A DNA stretch of 64,000 nucleotides from NCBI GenBank assembly GCA_964551435.1, contig CAZKBS010000001.1, forward strand, positions 79,565 through 143,564. The letters are read 5' to 3'. Of the stretch, positions 1-9,803 are shown piece by piece (the first letter of the stretch is position 1; every line of letters starts with the position of its first letter). Below the pieces are notes generated by a model. That model was not told the origin of the DNA. It searched no databases and worked only from the letters and a program-made list of their open reading frames with translations. Made by a program: the position numbers and the translations under genes. The stretch is from an uncultured Micavibrio sp. GTDB taxonomy: Bacteria > Pseudomonadota > Alphaproteobacteria > Micavibrionales > UBA2020.

Positions 1-12
1 GAAAAAAGCAAC

Positions 13-2121
13 ATGGTTTGGGAAATCAGCCTGACCAGCCTGCCGCTGCAGGCGCCCGGACAGGAAATCGTGCATGTCGAATTTGACAATACCAGCGGCA
101 AAGCGAAGCTCCTTGCTACGCTTAAGGGCAACAGCAAGCCGCTGTCGATCGAAGACCCCGACGCGGGCGATACGCTGCAGATTATTCCCGTCGCACTCCC
201 TGAACAGCGCATCGACAAGGGCCGCCGCTTCAGCGATGTCGAGGTCATGCCCGCGCTGGCCGGCATGGTGGTGCGTACGCTGGCCGATGGCGTGAATGTC
301 ACGCGCATCAACGACTACGTCATTATCAGCGCCCCGCGCGGCGTGATGGCCACACCGGATGCCGGCCCCGTTCTGCTGACAGACGATCCCTCGCGCGCGA
401 TGGGAACGCATCCGCGTCTATTCGATTTCCCCAACTGGCGACAGGGGGGCATGCCTTATTTGTCGCGCAACCGCCGCGCGCTTGAACAGCGTGCCGCCAC
501 CGCCCCGAATGACGAGCTGCGCAACGAAGCGCTCATGAATATGGCGCTGCTGTTTTTTGCGAACAACTTCGGCCATGAAACGCTGGGCGTGCTGCGCCTT
601 TTGGAGTCACGCAATCCGGCGCTGGTGCGCAATCCGAATTTCATCGCGCTGCGCGGCGCGGCAGCCGCCATGGCGGGGCATTATCAGGACGCGCTGCAGG
701 ATTTGTCGAACCCCGCCATCCAGCAGCACCCCGAGGTGAACCTCTGGATCGGCTACGCCGCCGCCGCAACGGAACAATGGCGCATGGCCAACCGCGCCTT
801 TCCCGCCGATAACGCGCTTTTGCTTGAATATCCGCCCAATATCGCGACACCGTTTACGATTTACATGGCCGAAAGCGCGCTGCGTCTTGGCCGCACCGAT
901 ACGGCGGTCAAGCTGCTCAATACCCTCGATACATGGGCCAGCTCGACAGACAACCATCACCGCGCCGCCATCGCCTATCTGAAAGGCGAAGCCGCGCGGC
1001 AGGAAGGACGCAAATCCGAAGCGATACGCATCTGGCGTCCTGTGGCCAACGGCCTTGACAGGCTTTATCACACCAAGGCAAGTCTCGCACTCACCAACCT
1101 TGAACTGGCGGAGGGGAATATTCCGATCAAGGAAGCCATCGACCGTCTGGACAGTCTGCGCTTCGCCTGGCGCGGCGACGGGCTGGAGGTGCAGATCCTG
1201 CATAACCTCGGCCAGCTGAAAGTACAGAACGGGCAATATCTGGACGGCCTCAGCGATATGCGCAAGGCCATGACTCTGGCCGATACGCTGCTGGGCGACA
1301 CCGACGTTATCCGCGCGGATATGACTCGCGTGATTGCCGATATTTTCATCGGCGGACAGGCGAAGAATATCGCCCCGCTTGAAGCCATCGCCATTTTTTC
1401 GGCCTACGGCAATCTGCTGCCGACGGGGACGGAGGGTTCTGTCGCAACGCTCAATTTCGCGGATTTCCTGATCCGCGTTGACCTGCTTGAAAAAGCGGCG
1501 GAGCTGATCGACAGCCAGCTGCGCACGGGCGCTGCCGCACCGGAAAAAGTCCCCGCGCTCGGCGCGAAACTCGCGGCGGTCTATTTGCTCGACGGTCGCC
1601 CGTCAGAGGCGATTTCCGCCCTGCAGCGCAGCCAGCGCAGCGATACGCCCGCCGCGCTTGAACAGGAACGCCAGATGCTGCGCGCGCGGGCGCTGTCGCA
1701 GCTGAACCGCACCAGCGATGCTATCGCCGCGCTGGGTGCATTCAGCACACCGGAAACCAAACGTCTGCGCGCCGATATTTTGTGGCGCGCGCGCCAGTGG
1801 GTCCCCGCCGCACAGGCGATCGAAAGCCTGCTGCCTGCGGAAGTGCCCGCTGCACTGGATGCCGAAACCGCCGATATGGTGGTGAACGCAGCCGTTGCCT
1901 ATAAACTCGGCGGCAACAGCGACGGGATTGAAAACCTGCGCCGCCGTTTCGGCGCGGCCATCAGCCAGACGCCGAAGGCCAATGCCTTTGGCGTTGTCAC
2001 GCGCGGCGGCGGCAGCGCGGCGCTGGGCGATCGCGACACCATCCTGAAAATCGCGGGTGAAGTCGATATGTTCAAAGACTTCCTCAAAGGCTATCAATCG
2101 CCGCAGGGTTCAGGCGGCTAA
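13..2121 (+). CDS. Large helical-repeat (TPR-like) protein of unknown function; may be 5'-truncated by the window edge
   Basis: 702-aa ORF with no in-frame stop between nt 1 and the first ATG. The C-terminal two thirds read as Ala/Leu-rich helical hairpins. No catalytic motif recognised. Confidence 0.5.
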   Translation: MVWEISLTSLPLQAPGQEIVHVEFDNTSGKAKLLATLKGNSKPLSIEDPDAGDTLQIIPVALPEQRIDKGRRFSDVEVMPALAGMVVRTLADGVNVTRINDYVIISAPRGVMATPDAGPVLLTDDPSRAMGTHPRLFDFPNWRQGGMPYLSRNRRALEQRAATAPNDELRNEALMNMALLFFANNFGHETLGVLRLLESRNPALVRNPNFIALRGAAAAMAGHYQDALQDLSNPAIQQHPEVNLWIGYAAAATEQWRMANRAFPADNALLLEYPPNIATPFTIYMAESALRLGRTDTAVKLLNTLDTWASSTDNHHRAAIAYLKGEAARQEGRKSEAIRIWRPVANGLDRLYHTKASLALTNLELAEGNIPIKEAIDRLDSLRFAWRGDGLEVQILHNLGQLKVQNGQYLDGLSDMRKAMTLADTLLGDTDVIRADMTRVIADIFIGGQAKNIAPLEAIAIFSAYGNLLPTGTEGSVATLNFADFLIRVDLLEKAAELIDSQLRTGAAAPEKVPALGAKLAAVYLLDGRPSEAISALQRSQRSDTPAALEQERQMLRARALSQLNRTSDAIAALGAFSTPETKRLRADILWRARQWVPAAQAIESLLPAEVPAALDAETADMVVNAAVAYKLGGNSDGIENLRRRFGAAISQTPKANAFGVVTRGGGSAALGDRDTILKIAGEVDMFKDFLKGYQSPQGSGG

Positions 2122-2370
2122 GCCTTGCTGCAGGCCGGCATCTTTCGCAATAAAATCAAATCCTGACCCCGTTTTCTTGACATAATTTGAAAGCGGGCGT
2201 AGACTTTTCGGATATTTTACGAGTCTGACCCGCCCCGCCGTGCAGCGCCGCCTTTGACCAGCCGGCAGCGGCTTTTGCAAACGGGAAGACATCCAGATGC
2301 CGCCCGTGCCCAGCGCGCCTGCTGCATCCGTTTCACTGACAACCGAAAAAAGAATAAGAGGGTATACCAG

Positions 2371-3480
2371 ATGTCCAGCACCGATTCCGCTATCCAGCCG
2401 CCGTCCGACCAACTGCGTCAGGGTTTTGACACCGCCGCCGCACCGTCACTGGCGCAGGTGAAGGCCGCACTGGAATCAAACCCGCCCTTCAACGAACGCT
2501 GGCGTTTATACCGCACCGCTGCGCAGGTCGGCGGCAATGACGCGGCTGATTTGCTGGCCGCCGCCCTGCCCGCCGAAAAAGATGCCGGTATCCGCTACAT
2601 GACCGCAAGCCTGCTGCGTGATATCGCCAAGGCGACGCCTGACGCATCGGCCACCGCCGCGCAGGCCGTCGCAAAAGCCGCAACGCAGGAAACCGATACC
2701 TATGCCCGCCGCAGCATGGAGCTGTCACTGGCCGATATTGCCGCCACAGCGCCCGCCACCACCCCTATCGCCGCGCAGGCGCTGGCTGTGAACCTGTCAA
2801 AGCCGTCCGATGCACTGACGCGCAGCCTGCAGGCCGGACAGCTCAGCGATTTCGTCGCCGCAGCTCCGCAAACGGGTGCGCAGATTTTACCCGCTGTTAT
2901 CACTGCCTTCGCGCAGGAAAAAGACAAACTGGTCGCGCATCATCTGGCACGCACCCTCACAACCATCGCACATGCCGATGCTACCCAGCGCCCTGCTGTT
3001 ATCGCCGCGGTGATGACAGCGCTGACCACGCCGCCATCGCAAGCACACCCGCTTGAAAAAACCTTCGCCGCCGCCAGCGCGCTGAACAGCATCGGCAGTC
3101 ACGCCCCCGCGGACGTGACACAAGCCCTCGCGCAACATCTCACGCAAGGCGCTGCGGGTGACAATGCGCGCCGCCTGTGCATTCTTGGCCTCGGCGCATT
3201 TGCCGAAGCAGACAAGGATTGTGCGAAAACGGCCGCGAAAGCACTTTTGAAAGCGCTGACATCGGAAAGCGATGCACTGCACCGCCGTCACATCGTCGAT
3301 GGCGTCATGAAAGCGGTTTATAACGGATTCAGCAGCCAGTCGGCCGGCGGGGCATTTTATGCGCATCTGAATGCGCGTGAACGTGACCGTGAAACCCGCG
3401 AGAAAATCAGCCGCAGCCTGCGTCAGCTGGGCCACAAAACGCCCGCCACGCCGATGAGTATTCCGGCGCCCAAGGCCTGA
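2371..3480 (+). CDS. Ala-rich helical-repeat (HEAT/armadillo-like?) hypothetical protein
   Basis: Start moved to the ATG at 2371 (MSSTDS...), which is preceded by aagaggg. The sequence is repetitive and helical, with A/L/T-rich segments. No family recognised. Confidence 0.45.
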   Translation: MSSTDSAIQPPSDQLRQGFDTAAAPSLAQVKAALESNPPFNERWRLYRTAAQVGGNDAADLLAAALPAEKDAGIRYMTASLLRDIAKATPDASATAAQAVAKAATQETDTYARRSMELSLADIAATAPATTPIAAQALAVNLSKPSDALTRSLQAGQLSDFVAAAPQTGAQILPAVITAFAQEKDKLVAHHLARTLTTIAHADATQRPAVIAAVMTALTTPPSQAHPLEKTFAAASALNSIGSHAPADVTQALAQHLTQGAAGDNARRLCILGLGAFAEADKDCAKTAAKALLKALTSESDALHRRHIVDGVMKAVYNGFSSQSAGGAFYAHLNARERDRETREKISRSLRQLGHKTPATPMSIPAPKA

Positions 3481-3515
3481 TCGCGTTTATACAGGAAAAG
3501 AAGGCGGCAAAAGCC

Positions 3516-3899
3516 CTAGCCCTGCGCGGTAATTTGCGCGGCGGGCGGCAGAGCCGCTGAAGCGTCGGCATTTGCCGTGCGGGCCGCAGCAGCGGCGCTG
3601 TCTTTGCGCGCGGTTTCTTCGGCATGGAGTTTTTCCAGCTCTTTTTCAAGCCGTGCGGCTTTGCGGCTTTCCTGCCAATAACGGAAACGCGCTTTTTGGT
3701 GCAAGACCCAGACGAACAGCGCCCCCAGAAAAAACCCGCCGCCCAAAAGACCGAGCGCGAGCTGCCACAGCGGCAGCGTCGCGGAGAACACCTTGTCATC
3801 CGGCAGAAGATAAAACGTTACATCCGCGCCGTTCGACAAAACGACCAGCACGGCAAAAACCGTCAGCGGCAGGGTGATGAGAAGCGTGAGATATTGCAT
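3516..3899 (-). CDS. LapA/DUF1049-family inner-membrane protein
   Basis: Starts MQYLTLLITLPLTVFAVLVVL, has a second TM segment (LALGLLGGGFFLGALFVWVL) and then a basic coiled tail. It lies directly downstream of ihfB, as is usual. GGGGAG RBS upstream of the ATG at 3899. Confidence 0.65.
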   Translation of the reverse strand: MQYLTLLITLPLTVFAVLVVLSNGADVTFYLLPDDKVFSATLPLWQLALGLLGGGFFLGALFVWVLHQKARFRYWQESRKAARLEKELEKLHAEETARKDSAAAAARTANADASAALPPAAQITAQG

Positions 3900-3992
3900 G
3901 GAGAAAACTCCCCGCGCCGAAGCGCGCATCGGCAGGCCCGCGGCAAGAGCGCATCTGCGTCTGCGGCTTAAGCAGCCCGCGCCGCAGATGAA

Positions 3993-4307
3993 TTAGTTGA
4001 GATCGTCGTCGCCTGAGCCGTCGGATTCAATACCGTTCAGGCGTTCGTGCATTTTCTTGCCGATTTTGAAGAAGGGCACGCGCTTGTTGTCAACCTGTAC
4101 GGTTTCACCCGTGCGCGGGTTGCGGCCCACGCGGGCTTTGCGCTGCTTGACGGAGAAAGCACCGAAGCCGCGCAGTTCAACGCGCGCACCGGAGGCCAGC
4201 GCCTTGGTGATTTCTTCGAAAATCGTATCCACGATTTGCTCCGCATGGCTTTGGTACAGATGCGGATTCAATTCGGCGAGTTTGAGAATCAATTCTGACT
4301 TTGTCAT
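3993..4307 (-). CDS. ihfB: Integration host factor subunit beta
   Basis: MTKSELI...[49 protein letters not shown] is the canonical HU/IHF fold signature. Confidence 0.93.
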   Translation of the reverse strand: MTKSELILKLAELNPHLYQSHAEQIVDTIFEEITKALASGARVELRGFGAFSVKQRKARVGRNPRTGETVQVDNKRVPFFKIGKKMHERLNGIESDGSGDDDLN

Positions 4308-4649
4308 GGCGGCTTTAAATTCCCTACAGGCGGCCGGGCAAGGTTTTCCGGGTTGTTTTAGGTTTTTCAGTATTTCAATAGCTTACAGTTTCAGGTTGCC
4401 AAGTTTCCTCCGCAGCGTCAAGGAAAAAACCTTTGAAATCAAATGAATAAAAGGTTAACGCCCGCGCCGCGCCCGAAAGCACGTCAAAAAGCCTTTAAAA
4501 CCGCCATTTTTTGATTTTTGAACGCGTGATGAAAAGATGCTAAATCCCGAAAAAACAACCCCTTGCCACCCGTGAGCGCAACTATATTTATACATAAAAT
4601 AACGGCCTGTTCGAGAAAAGCGCGCGAATCTCCCCCGCACCGGTAAAAA

Positions 4650-5288
4650 TCAGAGACCAAAGCGGCGGTGATTCTTGGGGATAGCGCGCGCATCGGCGGC
4701 AGGTTCTGGGGAGGGCTGTTGATGCCGTGCCTGCATGGCTTTTTCGATGAAATGCAAACGAAGATCCGGATATTGGCGGAAAAGTTCGTGCCGCGCCGGC
4801 GCATCGGCCATCACGGCAGCATATTTTTCCGCAACCTCGCGGCATCTGTCGTTGAGACGTGTGCGCGCGATGTGAAGAGTCTCGATATCCATCGCGACGG
4901 ATTTCAGCGCCGCCTTATCACCAAGCCGCGCATCATCCAGCATGCGTTTAATCAGCACCGTTGGCGCATATCCCGTGAGCACAGAGGCCAGCAGCGCCGT
5001 TGTTCCGGTGAACGGCTCTAATAGCAAAAGCCCGGCAACCAGCGGGGTATTGATACCGAAGGCCGTCCAGAACCTTTTTTCATCCGCGCCGCGGCGTGCG
5101 ACGCCATAAATATCTGCCGCCAGCTGCGCGATGTCTTTATCCAGATCCTTGAGCGCAAGATAATCATCTGCCGCGGTTTTTGCAGACGGTACCGCCATCA
5201 GCGCATCATCGATACGCGCCAGCAGATCCTGCCGCCGCGCCGCGAATATCTGTTGTGGTGTCGGTTTTTTAGGTTTGCCGCCGGGCAT
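4650..5288 (-). CDS. Hypothetical membrane-hairpin protein
   Basis: 212-aa ORF with a central hydrophobic stretch of about 40 aa (FWTAFGINTPLVAGLLLLEPFTGTTALLASVLTGYAPTVLI) flanked by charged helical regions. No family recognised. Confidence 0.45.
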   Translation of the reverse strand: MPGGKPKKPTPQQIFAARRQDLLARIDDALMAVPSAKTAADDYLALKDLDKDIAQLAADIYGVARRGADEKRFWTAFGINTPLVAGLLLLEPFTGTTALLASVLTGYAPTVLIKRMLDDARLGDKAALKSVAMDIETLHIARTRLNDRCREVAEKYAAVMADAPARHELFRQYPDLRLHFIEKAMQARHQQPSPEPAADARAIPKNHRRFGL

Positions 5289-5474
5289 GCTGCGTTTCCG
5301 GTTGGAGAATAAACGAGGGTTTATACCTTGTAAGGAGGCATTTTTGTTATGTCAATGTTTCTGCGGAAATGCTGCAACGCGGGAAATATAAAAACACAAA
5401 GCGGATTGATAGAGATATTTTATTTCTATAGAGTGAATAAAATTCTTATTTTATGCACGCGAAGGGATTCAGCC

Positions 5475-6242
5475 ATGACTGTCCTCGCACTCGCCCGCCA
5501 AATATCAGATGTGCCGCAAGCTGCGGCGCAGGTGCCGAAGGCGGGCCCGCGTACAGCGGGGCCGCTGCGCGGTTACCTCATCAAACGTTTTGCCAAAGCC
5601 GCCACGCGGATTGTCGTCACCGCCCTCGCCGCCGCCGCGCTGGTCTATGGCGGGTATCTGGCCACGCATTACGCAGGCAAAGGCGTGCCGCTGACTGCGG
5701 GCGAGGCCGCGATGGTCGAAAGCGTGTTTGGCGAGGAAATCGACGCATCAAAAATGCGCAAGCACTTCCGCGAAACCTCTTTCGCTTACCGCCTTGCGCC
5801 CAAGACGGTTACGGGTATGGTTCTGCCGCCGCTCAGCCATATCGATTTTTATGGCGATGCAGGCCGCAGCGATGATTTTTCCAAAGACAATCCGCGCATG
5901 GCAAGCCTGTTCATGCACGAGGCCACGCACGTCTGGCAAAACCAGAACTGGCGATGGAGTTTGCATCACCTCGACAAGGTACGTCTCTATGACTACACGC
6001 TGGTTGAGGGGGCGCGTTTTGATTCCTTCGCGCTTGAACAGAAAGCCGAGATGGTCGGCGATTACATGCGCATCTGGCTGCACCCCAAAGGCAAAATACA
6101 AAGCGGGCATACGGCCAGCGCCGAAGATATCCTTCTGCGCGATGTGATCGAGGCGCGTTTTCCGCGCGCAAAAGAATCCCGCCTTGCCCTGCCGCCGCCC
6201 GCGAAGCTGGCGCCCGCAAAACCGAAAATGCCCAACAGCTGA
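5475..6242 (+). CDS. Membrane-anchored HExxH protein (putative Zn-metallopeptidase-like)
   Basis: Start at ATG 5475 with gaaggga RBS. N-terminal TM (IVVTALAAAALVYGGYLA). Contains the motif FMHEATHVWQNQ. Confidence 0.5.
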   Translation: MTVLALARQISDVPQAAAQVPKAGPRTAGPLRGYLIKRFAKAATRIVVTALAAAALVYGGYLATHYAGKGVPLTAGEAAMVESVFGEEIDASKMRKHFRETSFAYRLAPKTVTGMVLPPLSHIDFYGDAGRSDDFSKDNPRMASLFMHEATHVWQNQNWRWSLHHLDKVRLYDYTLVEGARFDSFALEQKAEMVGDYMRIWLHPKGKIQSGHTASAEDILLRDVIEARFPRAKESRLALPPPAKLAPAKPKMPNS

Positions 6243-6264
6243 CAGGTCTTCGTTTTACCTGCAC

Positions 6265-6305
6265 AAAAAAACCGCCGCCTGCATCGTGTCAGGCGGCGGT
6301 TTTGA
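6265..6305. terminator. Bidirectional rho-independent terminator between convergent genes
   Basis: aaaaaa-ACCGCCGCCTG-catcgtgt-CAGGCGGCGGT-tttgattt. Perfect 11-bp stem flanked by an A-run and a T-run. Confidence 0.8.
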
Positions 6306-6317
6306 TTTATAGGGCGA

Positions 6318-6941
6318 TTAGTAGTTCGGCTTGATTTTCTTGACGGGCAGATCGGCCGCGATGGGTTCATCGTCGATCATTTCGATCATGCCGTTTTCGG
6401 TCATGGAAAAACGCGCGGCGAAAAGCGCGTTGCCGTAGAGAACCATGGCGCTTGCTTCAAGCGCGCCTTCGGAGGTACGGCCTTCGAACGCGGCCGGGCG
6501 CACAGCGTCCTGAATGACTTTACGCATGCCCTCTTCAAGGCGGCTCTGGTCGATGGCGGGATGGTTGATATCCTCGACAATCAGGAAGGGGCCTTCGTCG
6601 CCATGCACGAAATAGCAGAAGAAGCGCAGGTAATCGAGCACGTTAGCTTCGGTGACCTTGATCGGATCGGCTTCGTTGGCGTCATGAATGGGCGCGGAAG
6701 AACCATCGAGCAGGAACATACGGCCCTGTTTCGCCAGAAACCAGAACGGCCCCGTACCCGGCGCCCAGGCGGTATCGTCGACGCGCACAAGACCGATGGT
6801 CGTATAAAACGGCAGCTGGCACCAGCCGACAGAAGCGGTCGCGACAGACGCGTTATGCGTGCCCTGAATAGGGTTTACAAGCTTGAGAAAGGGCTCAAGC
6901 GGCGCACCTTCGACTTTTTGCCAGTTGTACTCTTCGAACAT
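6318..6941 (-). CDS. Hypothetical protein
   Basis: ORF with start moved to ATG 6941 (MFEEYNWQ...). No family recognised. Confidence 0.45.
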   Translation of the reverse strand: MFEEYNWQKVEGAPLEPFLKLVNPIQGTHNASVATASVGWCQLPFYTTIGLVRVDDTAWAPGTGPFWFLAKQGRMFLLDGSSAPIHDANEADPIKVTEANVLDYLRFFCYFVHGDEGPFLIVEDINHPAIDQSRLEEGMRKVIQDAVRPAAFEGRTSEGALEASAMVLYGNALFAARFSMTENGMIEMIDDEPIAADLPVKKIKPNY

Positions 6942-7070
6942 GTTCTTCCGCCTTTCCAGAAACAATCCTTCAGAATCCGACCCGATGTTGTCACGTCTCG
7001 GCGCGGAATGCAAGTATCTAAGATTCCAAGGCTTTGATAACAAAGCCGGATATAGAGGGCGGCGATAGCG

Positions 7071-8252
7071 TCAAGCCGCCGCCTTGAGCCCGCCGAACAG
7101 ACGGTCGAGGAAGTGTTCGCATTTCAGCAGCTGTTCCTGCGCGATAAACTCGTTCGGCTTGTGCGCCTGTGCGATAGAACCCGGCCCGCAGACCACGGTC
7201 GGCACGCCCTTGTGCTGGAAAATGCCCGCTTCGGTCGCGAAGCTGACCTTGGCCGCCTCGTTCGCGCCGGTCAGCTGCAGCACCAGATCGACCATCGGGT
7301 GGTCGTTGGCGATATCGAATGCCTGCACCTTGGCGGCGGCGCGGAATTCAAAACCGGTTTTGGGGTCGATGTCCTTCATGCGCGGCTCCAGCGTCTTGAA
7401 GGCGTACTGGCGGATTTCTTCGGCCAGCGCTTCGGGGTCGACCTCGGGAATATTGCGGATCTCGAAAGAAAAATCACAGCGGTTCGGCACGATGTTCAGC
7501 GCCGTGCCGCCGTGCATGATGCCGGTATGCAACGTCGTGAACGGCGGGTCGAAAGCTTTGTTAAACGGCCCCTCGCTTTGCATGCGGCGGGCGATGGATT
7601 TGACATGCGCAATCAGCTCGGCCGCAGCCTCGACGGCGTTGACGGCATAGGGCGCCAGCGATGAATGCGCTTCTTTGCCATGTACGGTGCAATCGTAGTC
7701 GCAGATGCCTTTGTGGCCTGTAATCGGCTTCATCAGCGTGGGTTCACCGACAATGCACAGCTGCGGCTTGACCGGCAGCGCGGCAATCGTATCGGCAAGA
7801 CTATGTGCCCCGAGGCAGCCAAGTTCTTCATCATACGAAAACGCGAAATGCACGGGTGCGGAAAGCTTGCCCGCTTTGTGCCGCGCAACGATATCCGGCA
7901 GTTTGGCCAGCGCGACGGCAATGAAGCCTTTCATGTCGCAAGTGCCGCGCGCATACAAAAGTCCGTCATGTTCGCGCAGCGCAAAGGGGTCGCTGTCCCA
8001 TGCCTGCCCTTCAACGGGGACAACGTCGGTATGCCCCGACAGCACCACGCCCGGTTTGTCTTCTGGCCCGATGACGGCATGCAGATTGGCTTTGTTTTTG
8101 GTGTCGTCGTGAATAAGCGTGGAGGCGATGCCGTAGCTGTCCAGATAATCGCACACCCAGTGGATCAGCTCGAGATTGGATTTGCTGCTGATGGTGTCAA
8201 AACCGACCAGCCGTGCGAGCATTTGCTGGCTGGTGAAGGTGGTTTTCGTCAT
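7071..8252 (-). CDS. argE: Acetylornithine deacetylase (M20 peptidase family)
   Basis: Contains LSGHTDVVPVEGQAWDSDPF...LYARGTCDMKGFIA and C-terminal CGPGSIAQAHKPNEF, both typical of ArgE. Confidence 0.85.
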   Translation of the reverse strand: MTKTTFTSQQMLARLVGFDTISSKSNLELIHWVCDYLDSYGIASTLIHDDTKNKANLHAVIGPEDKPGVVLSGHTDVVPVEGQAWDSDPFALREHDGLLYARGTCDMKGFIAVALAKLPDIVARHKAGKLSAPVHFAFSYDEELGCLGAHSLADTIAALPVKPQLCIVGEPTLMKPITGHKGICDYDCTVHGKEAHSSLAPYAVNAVEAAAELIAHVKSIARRMQSEGPFNKAFDPPFTTLHTGIMHGGTALNIVPNRCDFSFEIRNIPEVDPEALAEEIRQYAFKTLEPRMKDIDPKTGFEFRAAAKVQAFDIANDHPMVDLVLQLTGANEAAKVSFATEAGIFQHKGVPTVVCGPGSIAQAHKPNEFIAQEQLLKCEHFLDRLFGGLKAAA

Positions 8253-8462
8253 GACGGCGGCCCCTTTCGGATAAACGGTGAGAGGACTCTAGCACAGTTA
8301 AGGCATTAACACATTGTTTTTATACGCGTTTTGCTTCCGGCCGATTGGATATGAGTTCACATAACGCGATTGACATAGAGCAGCAGGGATGCTACAAAGA
8401 ATTCCAATAAAAACTTTTAAAAACAAAGTATAAGATTCCCCGCGACGAGGAGCTGTGACACC

Positions 8463-9761
8463 ATGACCGAATTCCGCGATTCCGGCCTGCCGAACAACCC
8501 CGAAATGTTCAAGGCCTATCTGACCTATCGCCAGAATATCGAAAACCTGCCCGAAGAAATCCGGCAGGAAGAAGCGCCGCTGAAAGTCGCGCGCGTGCTC
8601 AGCGAACATACCAACGACAACAAGCCCGTGATCCTCGCGCTGCTCGGCCTGATGCCGGAAAGCACATGGGGCCTGATGGGCAAACGATTTGGCACCGATA
8701 TCGCCGAAAGCCTGCAGGAAAGCCGCCTGCATGTCGCAACCGGCTATGCCTATCTGCGTGACGCCAGCCCGCTGGTCAAGCAGATCACCCTTGCCGGCGC
8801 GATCAAGGCGTTTGAAAAAGTCGAGCAGGGCGCCCAAGAAATGGCCGAAAACCTGAGCGTCATCCGCATGTCCGGACAGGCGCCGATGAATTTCAAAACC
8901 CCGACGGTACTGCTCACCGATACCTATGCGAAAATCCGTAACGCCTGCGACGGTACGTCCGGCCTGCCCGCGCTCGAGGCGACCTACGCCGAAAAATTCG
9001 AACGCATGAAATACGCGCAGAGCGAGATGATCGCGCAAATGGCCGAGGTTGGCATTTTCATCGCCGGCATGCCGCCGGGCGCCGCGCCTGCGGAAATCCG
9101 CTATCCGACGTTTGAAGAAACCGGTTTGATGGATACACCGAAAGTACGCGCCGCCTATGACCTTTTGACCACGCATACGCGTGTGCGTCCCGAAGATTTC
9201 GAAGGCGCGATTTACGCAGCGCAGCTGCTCAGCACCGTCTCGACGACCAAAAACCCGACGGCTATCGCAGCCGCGCTGGTCGATATCGGCATCCGCGACA
9301 TCAATCCCTATGACGGTATGTTCCTGCAAAAGAAATTGGACTGGGACGTGCTGGAGGTTCTGAACACCGCGACGGTTTACCAAATCAGCCATCCGCAGCA
9401 GGTGCTGGGCGCCCCCATTGAATTCCGTCAGGTAGCCATCGCTAATGCCATCGCGGTGATGGACGATGCGCGCGAAGGCGGCAAGGAATTCATGCGCGTG
9501 GTCGCGGAAAATCCGGAATATCCCAAAAATTCCGTGCTGCAAAACATGCTGGCGCTGAAGCGCGTCAGCGTCATGTCGCAGCAATGCTTCGCCCCCGCCC
9601 TCGGCCGTACCGACATGCCGGAGCTGGACCGCCTGTTCGTCGACAAGCTGAAAGCGCTGAACGAATTTATTTCGCAGAACATGCCCGAGCAAAAAGCCCC
9701 CGCACCAAAGCCGAGCGAGCGCAAGCCGAAGCCCGAAAATGACGGTCCCGCCGGCCCCTGA
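8463..9761 (+). CDS. Hypothetical protein with a basic Pro-rich C-terminal tail
   Basis: 432-aa ORF with gaggag RBS. No family recognised. Ends in KAPAPKPSERKPKPENDGPAGP. Confidence 0.5.
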   Translation: MTEFRDSGLPNNPEMFKAYLTYRQNIENLPEEIRQEEAPLKVARVLSEHTNDNKPVILALLGLMPESTWGLMGKRFGTDIAESLQESRLHVATGYAYLRDASPLVKQITLAGAIKAFEKVEQGAQEMAENLSVIRMSGQAPMNFKTPTVLLTDTYAKIRNACDGTSGLPALEATYAEKFERMKYAQSEMIAQMAEVGIFIAGMPPGAAPAEIRYPTFEETGLMDTPKVRAAYDLLTTHTRVRPEDFEGAIYAAQLLSTVSTTKNPTAIAAALVDIGIRDINPYDGMFLQKKLDWDVLEVLNTATVYQISHPQQVLGAPIEFRQVAIANAIAVMDDAREGGKEFMRVVAENPEYPKNSVLQNMLALKRVSVMSQQCFAPALGRTDMPELDRLFVDKLKALNEFISQNMPEQKAPAPKPSERKPKPENDGPAGP

Positions 9762-9803
9762 GGCCGCGGCGTCATGCACGTGTATGCGGCAAATTAGATA
9801 TAC

